NCBI RefSeq assembly: GCF_006345805.1
Contig: NC_043010.1
Location: forward strand, 20,088,001-20,152,000
From: Octopus sinensis
Lineage: Eukaryota
Direction of reading: 5' to 3'
Length of the DNA: 64,000 bases
Shown: positions 36,420-50,261 of the stretch, piece by piece
How the letters are laid out: the number at the start of each line of letters is the position of its first letter
Position numbering within the stretch: the first letter of the stretch is position 1
Position numbers and translations under genes: made by a program
The notes under the pieces: model-generated
The model's input: only the letters and a program-made list of their open reading frames with translations
What the model was told of the DNA's origin: nothing
Databases searched by the model: none

Positions 36420-39400
36420 ACAACTTGCACATGCAAGTGCTACCAGTTAAAAGCTCCGTATACCGGAAGCTAGCAAGTGTATGGGGTCATCAGGAGAGAA
36501 TGCGCGCCGTTTCGGGGCCTACCTCTTGACGGCATCAATGCGCACCTCACTGATATGAGGCCCCGCTTGCTAGATCAGCTGGTTATGAAGAACTCAATAT
36601 ACTTCTAGCCATCGCTCATCGTCTCTTTTTAACCAAATCCAGTGGCTAGCCTTCTCCACTGTAGATTGGATATCAGTCATGGTGGTATTGACTTTACGAT
36701 GAGTTAAGCCTATCGATAACAACAGTCGTCTCACGCTGTGTCCAACAAACCCTCCACATCCGACTTCGATAGGAAAATGTTCCGCTTTCCAGCCTGCGCC
36801 TTCACATTCCTCGAGGAGATTTTCATAATGGTTCAATTTTCGAGCCCGAGCGGCGTCCATATTATCTTCATGAGGAACCGTTAGCTCGACTATATTTACA
36901 ACTTTCTTTCTTTCACACCACATCTGGTTTTTTCGAAACGGCACCCAGGTAAATCTGCAGTTACCTCCCAATAGCCGTTCCACTTTTCATTTTTCTCAGG
37001 AAGTTTATTGATCTTCTTCTTGAAACGGATCCGCTGGCCTGGTCGCACGAAGGTAATGAAATCTCTTGATGGTACTTTTAACGGTTTTTCCTCAGTGTTG
37101 TTGAGATGAATTTGATTCTTTATAGCATTGAAGATAGCCTTAAGGACCAAGTTGTGCCTCCATATATACCTGTTCAATGCTAAAGAACAGTTAGAAAGAA
37201 TATGTTTTAGTGTACCGACCTTTCCACATTTGCAGATGTCACTCTCTAAGACGTTCCATCTTACTAGATTCGTAGGTGATGGCAAAACATCATAAGATGA
37301 AAGAATCAGGAAACTCAGCCGAGATGTCGTCCACTTCCACATCTCATCCCAACTTATCTTCCTCTCAACAACATGTTCTTCCCATCTCGTCATATGACCT
37401 TGATGAACACATCGGATCAAATGAAGCTCTCTTCTCTCTGCTTCTCTTGTTTTGACGCTGTTGCTAACAACAGATCTGCGTTCACTCCGCATCATGCTTG
37501 CAAACGATCTGAACTGATCTGCACCAAAACCAAGTCCTTTCCGATGGTTCTGCGTTGCTCCCATCATATCTCTGTGTATAAGAGAAGACAAGATGTTGTC
37601 AGTTTCTGCTTCTGCTTTCCACTTCCTGGCTGTTTTCCCCTCTGGTGGGTTACGCCTGATTTCCATATCCTTCGATTCTCTCAGCATCATAACCGTCCGT
37701 ATCTTTCCCGGCTTATATATTTCGACTATTGATGCTATTGGTAACTGCAACGAACCTCTTTTACGATAAATAGCTGAGCTGTTCAACATACGAGGTAGAC
37801 CTAGCCACTTTCTAATGAACACATTACATTTTTGTTCAATCTTTTCAACTCGTGACAATGCTACTTCGTATATTACAAGTGGCCACGCAAGTCGCGGGTA
37901 GAAGCCGAACTGCAAGCACCAAATTTTATATTTACCTGGTAACTTCGAATTATCAATCGCTGATAACCCAGCCTCGGCCTGTTTCATAATTTCAATCCCA
38001 CGACTTCTGTCTGACAATGTTCCAGCGTATACCCGTCCCAAGCTCTTGACGGGCTCTTCCTTGACTGTTGGAATGCTTTCTTCAGATATTCGAAACTTAA
38101 ATTCTTTCTGCACTCCCTTAACAAATGTCAGACTACGCGACTTTTTTGCTCTAAATCGCATCCTCGACCACCTTACAAGTTCGTCTAATCTCAAGAGGGC
38201 ATTCTGCATGATTTGTTTATCTGTAGCTAGAAGTGTCACGTCATCCATGAAGGCTTTCTTAGGCGATTGTACTTGGGCGATTTGTTCCGAAAAATCTACA
38301 CCTTTCAAAATCAACTCCATGACTAAGATAAACCACGTGACAGATATTGTACAGCCAGCAGCAATGCCAACCTCCAATCGGTGCCAATTTGTTGTAAAAT
38401 TTCCAGTTGTAAACCTCATTTCGAAACTTTCATAGTACATCCTCATTATTTTGATCACTTTGTCAGGAATGTGGAAGTGGTCCATGGCTGTTATTAGTAA
38501 TTTGTGTGGCACTGAACCATACGCGTTAGCTAGGTCGAGCCATACCACGTTCAGACTTTTCTTGTTCTGTTTGGCATCCTGGATCGCTTTCCAAATCGAA
38601 AAACAGTGTTCAACGCATCCAGGGATCCCGGAGATTCCGGCCTTTTGAACAGATTCATCAACATATCCGTTACTCTGTAAATATGCCACTGTTCTCCTCG
38701 ACAGAATTCCCATAAAGATCTTGCCTTCCACATACAATAAGGCCTAAACTGTTTTATGGTCTTTGCATTGGCCTCTTTCGGCAGGTATATACCTTCTGCC
38801 TTACACCAATCCTCTACTATAGTCTCCACGCGCCACAGTTGTCGGAGAAGGACGAAGAGCTTCTTTCGCAGACGATTGCAGTACTTGTAGACTTTATATG
38901 AGACGCCATCACCTCCTGGGGCACTCTTTGCTCTAGCTTTTCTAACGCAGTCATTCACCTCTCTCTCCCTGATGTCCCCAATCTGGAATTCGATATCAGG
39001 TCCTGAGAGATGATTTAGCCCATGTAGAGGTGGCAGCGACTGGTTACGGTGCGGATCGCTGTAGGTTTCCTTGATATGAGCATCCAATTCTTCTTTAGTG
39101 CACGATAAAGTACCACTCTTCGGTTCAGTGAACAGCTTCTTAGTAAACCCGTACGGGTCCTTCAGAAACTGCCCCCGAGTCCTTTTACTTTCTTTTCGAC
39201 GCTCATATCGGCGGATATGTCGTTGCACATAACGACATTTCCTCTTCAAATCGTTATACAGCAGCGCAAGGCCAGGTTTCTCATCTAGTGCAGCACATCT
39301 CCATCGCTTTCATAAGTCGGACTTTTCCTTCCTCAACTGCTGCATTTTTCTGATCCTCCTGCTTGGTCCACACTTTCCTTTCTCTAGTCGGATATTCTCT

Positions 39401-39960
39401 TTTATTCCAAATAAATCTTTTCCTATATCGTATATTGAGCTTGATAATTTACCCAGTTTCTCCACTGTAGAGCCTGTCATTTTATAAAGAGCCCGACAAA
39501 CCTTGTTTTCAAACTCTTTATATTTCACTTTCTCATTAGCAGCAGGCCACAAAACCCTCGGTTTCCTCTGAGTATTATCCGATGCACCAGTTTCATGACT
39601 TGTAGTTTCATCACGTGAAGAGGTCTCTGCTGTAGCATTTATCGATCCGCTGTGGTTTGAGTCCGGGGATGATTTGCCACGTGTTTTACGATCTGACGAT
39701 CCACACTGCTCTGCCCTCTTCTCACAAGTCTTTCCTTATGTATATTCAAGCCTCTCACAGTTGCAAAGATTCTATAACACAGCTTGCATCCAAAGTTGTT
39801 TGCATTTCGTTCGCTGTTCGAATGAATAATCATATTCGTTTCCAAGGTCATTCCCGTGCTGACTGGGTTTGATTGATTCTCGACTCCCCCCTCTCGGTCA
39901 ATCGTGGGGCTGTCATTTCCAGTTATTTCCGTTACAATATATTACAGAGGCGAGGATTGT
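36420..39960 (-). mobile_element. Near full-length HERO-like non-LTR retrotransposon (RT + restriction-like endonuclease)
   Basis: Probable start ATG at 39916; CKLC..F.T.RGLNIH zinc-finger-like motif; WLDLANAYGSVPH, GCTIS, KAFMDDVTL, PVKSLGR; C-KC-HILSNC; VELTVPHED...K..HYE..FPIEVGC. Several frameshifts; longest ORF 36896-38737. Confidence 0.88.
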
Positions 39961-40527
39961 AAGTCATGCTCCCTTTTCTATACAAAAAAGATTTATGCAT
40001 ATGTATTTATGTATGTACGTGTACATACATGAAAGATAATGGGTGTATGTCAGTGTTTGGGTGCATGTATGACTGAGGTACATTTTAGTTATCTTATTCC
40101 CATCATGCCATTAAAAAATCGAGTTAATGTGGTGACAAGAGACTGGATTAAAAGAGATCCTTTTGATTCAATACTTCAACACAGTGTTGACTTTTGGCCT
40201 CCTCAATAGCCATGAAATGATTTATAAAAATGATTTATAAAAATGTTATCAGATTCAGTAAGATGTTTAAGTTTTTCCCGTTTTCATGTTTACTCTTTTA
40301 CTTTTGTACCTGTTTCAGTCATTTGACTGCGGCCATGCTGGAGCACCACCTTTAGTTGAGCAAATTGACCCCAAGACTTATTCTTTGTAAGCCTAGTACT
40401 TATTCTATCGGGGATGTAAACACACCAGCTTTGGTTGTCAAGTGATGGTGGGGTGACAACACATGCACACACACATACATACATACACACACACACACAC
40501 CACACACACACACACAAACATACATAT

Positions 40528-40611
<84 letters not shown>

Positions 40612-42884
40612 TATGACAGGCTTCTTTCAGTTTCTGTCTACCAAATCCACTCACAAGGCTTTGGTCAGCCCGATGTTATAGACAAAGACACTTGCCCAAG
40701 GTGCTACGCAGTGGGACTGAACCTGGAACTGTGTGGTTAGTAAGCACTTACCACATTGCCACTTCTGTGCCTTAATTTTTTCAGTTTTGTATGATTTGTT
40801 ACGCAAATATTCTTTTCTACTCTTAGCACCAGGCTCGAAATTTTTTTGGGGAGGGGGCCAGTCAATTAGATTGACCCCAGTATGCAACTGGTACTTAATT
40901 TATTGACCCTGAAAGGATGAAGGGCAAAGTCGACCTCTGCGGAATTTGAACTCAGAACGTAGCGGCAGACAAAATACCTATTTCTTTACTACCCAAAAGG
41001 GGCTAAACACAATGAGGACAAACAAGAACAGACATAGGTATTAAGTCGATTATATCGACTCCAGTGTGTAACTGGTACTTACTTAATCGTCCCCGAAAGG
41101 ATGAAAGGCAAAGTCGACTTCGGCAGAACTCCAGCATGCTAACGTTTCTGCCAGCTTGGCCCCTTTTTCTTATCAGATCCAAAACGATGTTTCATCTTTT
41201 CACTTTCTATGTTTATTAATTTTTTCATTTTTCTTTTTTTTATTGAAGGTTAAACAATTTTTTTAGTTAAAGGAGATAACCAAAAGTACCGAGATTTCTC
41301 GTAAATCGGGGAGGGGGTTAACCCAATTAAAAAAAATTCTCATAAATCGATGGGGTAAGATAACCAAAAAGTACCACAACAGACTACAATTAAATAGAGC
41401 TAAACATGGCGCATGAACAGTAATTAAGTAAAAAAATTAACAAACAATCATATGATCCCATATGATAGATTTTGACGTTTATGCAGGTTAAAATAAAAGA
41501 AAGTCTATTTTAGTTTATTATTGAACAAATATAATAAAATGAATATAAAGATATTCATAAAAAAAGAATCAGGTTTTACAATCACCATTTTGTTATGACA
41601 GCGTTTGTATCACTTTTATTTCATTTCACACAATGCAGTTCTTTCACTGCCATTTGTTTTGTTTGTTAATCCTTCTAGTGTTATTGTTTCAGTATCATTG
41701 AAACACTCCCTTCTTTGTGGTCCTGTTTTCTCTTTAACTCTTTTCCCCCCCTGATTGTAATTTACAAAGTGACCTCGTGGAAACCTCATTCTCCCTTTTC
41801 TATACACTGAAAATTGTGTTGAAAGTAAGAATGCAGGGCTTGACATTAATAACCCAAGTAAACGTTTAACATGACTGTCAGGAACAAACACCCTGTTTAT
41901 CACGCACCACCATATATCAGAATTTTGGATAATTCTTTATTAGCACTTTTGTTTGCTTATTGAACTCGTCAAGACAAAACTAAAATTAAGATGGTAAAAA
42001 TAAGTTTCATTGTTCATTTATATGAATTGGATGCTTTTTTGCTTGTTCAGAAGAGGAGAATGTTTTTTTTAAAATATATATCTAAATACACAGAAAATCT
42101 TTATTTAGTTGAATACAATAGAATCCTGAATATCATTATCATCATCGTTTAACATTCATTTTCCATGTTGGACAGTTCAACCGGGGATCTGGGAAGCCAG
42201 AAGGCTGGACCAGGATCCAGTCTGATCTGACAGTGTTTCTACAGCTGGATGCCAACCACTCCGAGAGTGTAGTGGGTGCTTTTTACGTGCCAGGCGAGGC
42301 TGGCAACAGCCACGATCGGATTGATGCTTTTTACGTGCCACCGGCACAGAATACAATGTGGCAATTATGTTAAACTTTAAAAAATGAGTAATGTTTTATC
42401 TATTTGTCTTCACAGTCGAATATAATGCACTGCCACTATTTTGGCATTGGTATTTTGTATCATATTGTCTTATTATACTTGAATACAGAATGGCAATATT
42501 AATTGAATGAGCAGAAAAAATAGGTCTGCTGAAATATTTTGTCATAGAAATGCTTTAGGATGAGATGACGACATTAGAAAGTTCCAGGACCAAGCTTAAG
42601 AATCGGTACACGTCTATTCCAGTAAATAAAGTTATTCTATTCTTTTTCATGTTTCAGCCATTAGACTGTGGCCATGTTAAGGCACTGCCCCTCTGCCCCT
42701 GCCCTTTGAAGTGTTCAGTAAAACAGATCAACCCCAGTACTTTCTCTATCAGTTTCTTTTGCAGAACCATTAAATTACTGGAATGTAAACAAATCAACTT
42801 GGATGAGAGAAACACACACACACGACTTGCTTCCACACAGTTTCCATCTGAGAACAAATCTGTAAGACACTTTATTACAGTCTG

Positions 42885-43275
42885 AGCTGATGTGTCAGAT
42901 ACCGGATAACCAAATGGAAACCGAGAGTATTCGTCAACAATTGTTAGGAGATAAGGATGCTTAGTGGAAGGAATTGGACCTTTGAAATCGATGGAAATTT
43001 GCTTGAAGGGCTGCATGGCCTTAATTAAGTTAACTGAGTCTGGTTTATAATATTTTGGTATCACTTCTTGACATAGAGAGCAATTCCTACATATTTGTTT
43101 CATGTTCTTTAACAAATATGGAAGATTTTTACTGCGGACGAAATGATGAAGTCGTACTACACCAGGATGGCACAGTGCTGCATGTAACTCATAAAGTGAA
43201 TGTGAACTAATTGCTGAACAGCGTACCCTTGTGAATGCATCCGGAATGCTGTTGCTGGATCCTGGGCAATAGTGA
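42885..43275 (-). pseudogene. Gypsy integrase fragment
   Basis: ICRNCSLCQE...QPFKQISIDFKGPIPS...YLLTIVDEYSRFPFGYPV; truncated by a SINE at about 42640-42880. Confidence 0.85.
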
Positions 43276-44159
43276 ATATCAAAAGTAAAAGTTAGGAAAA
43301 TAAATGCAGAGGATTATTATTTTATTTTACACAACTTTTTGTGGCCTAACTAAATTCAAAACAATATGTTTTTACTTTTAAGACACTTAAGTAAAAACAT
43401 GGATGTTTTTTAAAATGTTAAATTTTATGTTTAAAAATCCACAGCATACCTACATATTCATTATCACACACCTGCAAACCATTTGAATCTCCATATTGCC
43501 ATCATGAGTCAAGAATAAAATCTCCACATGGTTGCTAGACCTGTCAGAGTTGAGGGAGGTTTGGTTGATTTAATCAAAGACACCACAGCTGTGAGAACTT
43601 AATTACAAATTACAGTTATGTATATATTTACTTAATTAATTGAAACACCTGCAACGATATTTGCAGGACCTGATTGACTGAGGAAAGTGTATAATAAAAC
43701 CTATACTAAAGAACAAACCGTAAATAAAAGCACAACAACCAGAAAGAAGAAAGGATAAAAAAAACAAACGAAAACCAGTTAAATGTTTTTGTAGCCTCAA
43801 CGAATTATAAAATATTGGTTACCTATCATCTCCTCCTCCTCCTTCCAGACCCCTCCTATATTTCTCCCCACCCCCACCCCAGTTGTCATTCTCCTTTCAC
43901 ACTCTTATAAAGCTACCTACTCACCCGGCTTTCCTTATTCCCTGCCCCTATTCTTTCCTTATTCTTGTACCTTGAGGGTATGTCCTGATACATTACCTCC
44001 ATTGTCCTTCCTCTCTTTCAGCAGGGGTGGCCATATATTTTATCTGCTGCCGGACAGCTTTTCTTGTTTCTCAGCACATGGCACAAAGCTGCCTCACTCA
44101 ATGCGGCACTCTCACTCGGTCAAGGGATCTTTACTTGCGACTAACTTGGTGAACTCACT

Positions 44160-44735
44160 GGTTTCTGATTATAAATATCTTGGGGCATACATATCATCAT
44201 CTGAAAAAGATTTTCTAACTAGAAAGGGTATGGTCTGGTCAGCCTGTAAGGATATGCATAAGATCTGGTCATCAAATCTAAGTAGAGATTTCAAACTTAA
44301 AATCTTCAAAGCCACGGTCGAACCAATTCTACTATATGGTTCAGAAACCTGGACGTTATCAAAGAAGCTTGAGAGGCGGTTGGATGGAACTTACACTCGC
44401 CTCCTTATGAGAGCTCAAAATCTCTCGTGAAAGCGTCATCCAACCAAAGTACAAATATATGGGAAATTACCACCTGTATCATCTCTTGTGAAAGGTAGGA
44501 GAGTCCAGTTTGCTGGACATTGCTGTAGAGCTGAAAACGAGGTAATTTCTACTCTTCTCTTCTGGAAGCCATCTGCTCGCGATACCAGAGGGTGCACACT
44601 CTCCTACCCTGATGTAATCTCCAGGGATACAGGCATCCAGCAACAGGACCTCCGTAATGCTATGATGGACCATGAAGTCTGGCGTAATATAGTAAATTCC
44701 ATTGTCTCGACCACGGTCGAACAATGAGGATGATG
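44160..44735 (+). mobile_element. RTE/RTEX-like LINE 3' fragment
   Basis: DYKYLGAYI...ATVEPILLYGSETWTL...RRVQFAGHC...AMMDHEVWR; ends in a GAT-rich tail. Confidence 0.85.
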
Positions 44736-44881
44736 ACTGGTGCTGGTGCCATGAAAGAAATACCCAGTATACTCTGTAAAGAAACCTTGCCAAAGCAGAT
44801 ATTCGGGACCTGTACAGCCTCCAGGTTTGTAGGATCCCATTGAATCAGTAGAGCCATACGGCTATGAAGTAATGAAGTTAA

Positions 44882-45078
44882 CCCTTTCATTACTGTATTT
44901 ATTTTGAGATCCTCTGTGTTTCTTTCAATTAATTTTAAATATAACAAAGGATTTATTAAAATAACTTAGTTATCGTTAAGCTAGTGTTAGGAACATAAAT
45001 TGTGACTAAGGTTTGGTGGAAGATTTTAATTCAGAACTTTTGTACTACAGAGCCAGAGCTGGGTTGGTAACGAAAAGA
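44882..45078. mobile_element. piggyBac-type MITE
   Basis: TTAA|ccctttcattac ... gtaacgaaaaga|TTAA. Confidence 0.65.
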
Positions 45079-45247
45079 TTAAATTTGAAAATAGATTGCA
45101 CTTTTAACTTTCGTAACCTTTTTAAGATCAGTTTTAAACTACCTTCTTTCGCAGACTAGCAATAAACACATGCTTAAACAAATATTGTCACAAGAGAGTA
45201 AAACAAGGATCGAGAGAACCAACATCAGTGCAGGGTGAATGTATGTA

Positions 45248-46051
45248 CATGGTGGTCCTAAAGTCTTGTCACCCACTACTGGAAAGTAATGGGAACAATA
45301 GAGGGACAATATAGCCACCTGATTGGCACTTTAAAAAGCACCATTTGAGTGTGATCGTTGCCAGTGCTGCTTGTCTCCTGTGCTGGTGGCACATAAAATA
45401 CACCATTTGAGCATGGTCGTTGCCAGTGCCACCTAACTGGATTCTATGCTGGTGGCACATAAAAAGCACCATTTGAGCATGGTTGATGCCAGTGCCGCCT
45501 GACTGGCTCCTGTGCTGGTGGCTCGTAAAAAGTACCATCTGAGCATGGTTGATGCCAGTACTGCCTGACTGACCCTCATACCAGTAGCATGTAAAAGGCA
45601 ACCACTGCACTCTCTCGGAGTGGTTGGCATTAGGAAGGGCATCCAGTTGTAGAAACTTTACCAGATCAAGATTGGAGCCTGGTGCAACCTTCTGGCTCAC
45701 CAGCCCTCAGTCAAACCATCCAGCCCATGCCAGCATGGAAAACGTTAAACGACGACGACGATGATGATGATGACATGCGTCAGAATACCCAACAATTGAA
45801 GGATGCTGTTTCAGCAGCCTTTGCAACAATCACCAAAGCACTGCTTCGTAAGATACCACACAGGACATGGTGCTGTATCATTTTGTGCCACGAAAATGGT
45901 GGTTTTCATAGAGACCTTCTCTATATGTGACAGTGTCAGTGTCATCGAAAGTGAAAGTACTAAAACTAGGGCATGTGTTTGATATTATTATACTGTTCTA
46001 TTGTTCTTATTACTTTTGAGTAGGGAGTGACAAGACTTTAGGACCACCCTG
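45248..46051 (+). mobile_element. Internally deleted Tc1/mariner element with an RTE-tail insertion (~45320-45772)
   Basis: TA-flanked TIR CA(T/G)GGTGGTCCTAAAGTCTTGTCAC; transposase C-terminus QLKDAVSAAFATITKALLRKIPHRTW..IILCHENGG. Confidence 0.8.
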
Positions 46052-46427
46052 TACATACTAAGTTTGGTGACAGGCAATGAGTAATTATTATTATTAGGGC
46101 TGGGTTCCAACCCAGGCCACAGCAACAAAGTCCACCTGCCACCCTTCTCGGTCCACCATCACTGACTCAAACTCCTGGATACATTCCAGACTAGTGTCTG
46201 CAATTAAGTTGTCGATGGAAGTGTAACGACGTTTTCCTCTTCTTGCATCAACATGAAGTAGATTCCACAAGATCAATTTCGCACAGTGTTCTTTTACTGA
46301 GATTAGTCTTGAGGAAATGAGCAAAAGAACACTGTGCAGACACACACAGTGAGAGAGAAGGAACCACGGAGACAGATGGAGAGAAGGAACAAATGACAGA
46401 GCAGTTATACAAAGGAAGAATTTGTTT

Positions 46428-46788
46428 TATTACCTCCACCTTAGCAAAGGCGGAGGTATTGTTTTCAGTCATGTTTGTTTGTTGACTGTGGACAAGATAT
46501 CTCAAGAGCCACTGGATGGATTTGGATGAAATTTTCAGGGATGTTTGGCCTCTTAACTGGCATGAACTGATTAGATTTTGGAATTGATCCAGTACCAGAC
46601 GAGGATTCTGGATTATTTTTCCTGTGTTTTTACTTAATTTATGAGAGCGGTTGGTTTCATTTTTGGTATGCTCGTTTGTGAGAGTAGTCAAGTTTATTTC
46701 AGAGATTCTCATTTTAAAAATTACCTCCGACTAGTCGTTGAGAGGACGTTAGTGTTGCCTTGGCAGCGGTTTGTTCTGAGTGCTCGTT
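46428..46788 (+). mobile_element. Helentron/DINE-like non-autonomous element
   Basis: ttattacctccacc..aaaggcggaggt start and ccttggcagcggt..ctgagtgctcgtt end. An inverted split copy lies at 31067-31155 + 32681-32907. Confidence 0.5.
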
Positions 46789-47063
46789 TAATTTTGTTAT
46801 AAGGTAATTAATATTTTTGTTTCGAAAATTAGTTTTCCTTTCATCATTTTTATTTAAGCACTAAGCAGTTAGCTTGTGATTATTGTATATCTGCCATATT
46901 TCCTGATATTACCCCATGGTGGCAAAAATATGACACCAAGGGTACCAGTCATATGATGAGTAACTCTACAACAACCAGAATCCAGATCATTTCCACCGAC
47001 AACAGCCGCGACCCTCAGTGGCTCCACTCCAAAACACAATTTGGGCTTTTGGCATTCCCTCCC

Positions 47064-47101
<38 letters not shown>

Positions 47102-47923
47102 CTGGCACTATCTCGGTTACTCCAGTTGATCTGGTCAACCGAACATAGAAATAATTATTCAACCATTACCAAACTGTAAGTACATTGTGTTCTGAACTAT
47201 AATAAGCAACAATTCATGCAGGAAAGGAAATATTTTCTAAGGTCGATGATATGTTTATACAAGTAGCCTGAAAAAAAAAAAAAAACTGAATATGCTAACT
47301 AGACGTTACTAAAATGAAAAGTTAAAACTCACGAAATAACTATATTGTTTGTAATTTAGGTACAGGATCAGCAATATTGAAAGGACGTGGTTAGTTGATC
47401 CCATTATCTGAGTAAAGCTTAATATCGATCTTATAAAGATGAAACCCAGTCTCGATTCAGTGCAATTTGATCTGACAATGTAGAGAGGTAAACTGTTGGC
47501 AGAAATAACGTAAAGCATCAGTTTGTCCTGACGATCTAATGATTCTGCCAGCTTGCCGCCTTAACAAATATACCGTTTCTAACTTAAGAATATGAAGCCA
47601 GCAATTTTAAAGGGAGAGGGTTAAAAAAAAATCCCGGTATAGGTCAAATTTGCAGTATCTTTGATAATTCCTCTTGTTCTAACCTTAGTATAAATAACCA
47701 TATAGGATTTAACAATATCATGTAGAAATTATTGGCACGCTTGCTCAGACACACACACACACACAGAATTCTACAATAGTTTGCGCCAAACATGATAAAG
47801 ACAATTAATTACAGAAGTTTTTAATTGAAAATATCAATTATCCTTTTAACTTTGGTAAATTTTTCTAAATTTCTTTGGAAAATTAAGCAGAAACCAGCAA
47901 AAACAACCGAAAACGAATCTTTT

Positions 47924-48720
47924 GGATCTTTTCCTTTTGAACGGCACATGTCAACACAATTTCTAGTTAACTAAACACTTTAAAACTTCGTATACTGGTA
48001 GAATGTGTCAAAATAAAACGTTTTTTTCTCTTGGCTTTCTTGATAAAATTGTAATTCGTTTGTTTAACGTAGTTTAATTTTTCGAATTTTAACCAATGAA
48101 TCGCCTCTAGTGAGTTAAAATCATTTGCTGCGTCTAAAACTGAGACAACATCCCGTCACTAACCCTAACCCTCAACCTCACTCTCACCCTAACCCTAAAT
48201 TTTTTTCTTAATTGTTACGCGTGTAAAATAACGAAGGGCTAAAACGAAAGTAATGGAAAATAATTTAAACAATTAACAAACAAAATAATTCTATAATTTT
48301 ATACACACACGGAAAGCGTGTGTATAAAATTATAGAATTATTTTGTTTGTTAATTGTTTAAATTATTTTCCATTGCTTTCGTTTTTTTTTCTTAATTGTT
48401 ATCCTTAAATTAATTTAACAATTAAGAAAAAAACAAAAACGAAAGGCTAAAATTTAGGGTTAGGGTGAAGGTGAGGGTTAAGGTTAGTAAAGGATGTTGT
48501 CTCAGTTTTAGACGCAGCAAATGATTTTAGCTTAATTAGAGGCAATTAATTAGTTAAAATTCGAAAAATTAAACTACGTTAAACAAACGAATTACAATTT
48601 TATCAAGAAAGCCAAAAGAAAAAAATGTTTTATAAACACATTCTACCAGTATACGAAGTTTTAAAGTGTTTAATTAACTAGAAATTGTGTTGACATGTGC
48701 CGTTCAAAAGGAAAAGATCC
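47924..48720. mobile_element. 797-bp almost fully palindromic MITE with GG...CC ends and 8-bp TSD (Merlin-type)
   Basis: TSD aatctttt at 47916-47923 and 48721-48728; ~270-bp TIRs; internal ~70-bp-arm palindrome centred near 48312. Confidence 0.85.
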
Positions 48721-50261
48721 AATCTTTTTATCGGCAATCATTTTTGCTTTCACATGTCACATTCGTTGGTCTCCGTAAAAAAAAAAATTCTATCTCACTT
48801 TAACAAAAGTAAATGAATAAAAATTTTTCACGGAAATTAACGAATGACCAGTGACATGCGAGACCAAAAACGAATGATTGCCACACTTTTAATATCATTT
48901 ATTGAATGAGATTTCAGTTAAAGGGAAGATTCGATTCAAAATTAGGAAAGCCGCCACCAGTGGCGAGGCTACTGCAGTTAACGAGAATAAAATCTAAGTT
49001 TATTCGGTGGCAATTAGTCACATCTTAAACAGTCAGCCAGTACCCTTCATCTTCTAATTGGCCTTTGCTAGTCTGTGCTGCTGCTGCTGTGAATGTTGTT
49101 GTTGTTGGTGGTGGTGGTAGAAGAGGCAGTCTTCTTACCACGTCAATACAACAGTAACGTTGGCATTCTGTGAAAAAAAAAAAACAATTGACAACGTGCT
49201 TGATTTCATTTAACATCATATACTGACTATTGTTAATTCTTACACTGTCCACCAACTTTAACTCTTATATATTTTCTTTGCAAATTCTTTAAATGATTTC
49301 ACGTTGAATTCTTACACATTACGCAGGTATGTACTGTTTCGGATAATTTTCAATATTATTATTTCTCCGTATCTTTTGTTATATAAACCTCCACGAAAAT
49401 TATTGACTGTCCTTGTGATGTCTCCCCAATCTATGCTCTGCTGGCTAATGAAAGAAATCATTGTTGTTTTTTTAAATATATTAACTTCACAATAACAACA
49501 TAACATTTTCGTAATCTTGCTAGCCTCCCACATATCTTTTTCGAAATCGCTATATTAGTATAAAACATCACATATTAAAAAAAAAAAACATTCTGTAAAA
49601 GGATTTGTCGATTGATGGTAAATTCTTGGTTGAAATCTGATTCCTTCCTGCAATTAGATTTTAGTTACTGGTGCCTCCATCTGATGTGTTTATGTATCCC
49701 TCAGCCATTCCATCCATCTTATCCTGCTCTTTCCATTATATACACGATTCCAGTGTGATTTCGGCGGTTTTGATAATCTTAAAATCCGTCTTGTTTCAAT
49801 GGCGAGGGAAAATGGAATTTATAAGGAAATCCTTTATTGATATAAAGTACCACGATAGATATTATGTGATGTATGTATATAGTATATATAAATGTGTGTC
49901 TGGATGTATGGGATGCATGTGTGTATACATCGTATTAACTCATCCATAAGACAAACGCATCCAAACAAGCACACATACTCAGGTCAACATTTATATGCTT
50001 CACACATAGTTTCACTTCATATTAACATGACACACTAATTATGTATACACACACACACACGTATATGTATGTATATATATATATATATATGTATATGTGT
50101 GTATATATATATGTATATGTGTATATATATATATGTGTATATATATATATATGTGTATATATATGTATATATATGTGTATATATATGTATGTATATATAT
50201 GTATATATATGTGTGTATGTATATATATGCATATATATGTATAAGTATATATATAAGCCAG

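Noticed and set aside
49025-49255. Minus-strand ORF with an acceptor-like poly-T cag and a GTAAGA donor
   Set aside because: Only 29 nt between the sites, the rest is trinucleotide repeat, and no partner exon or homology was recognised.
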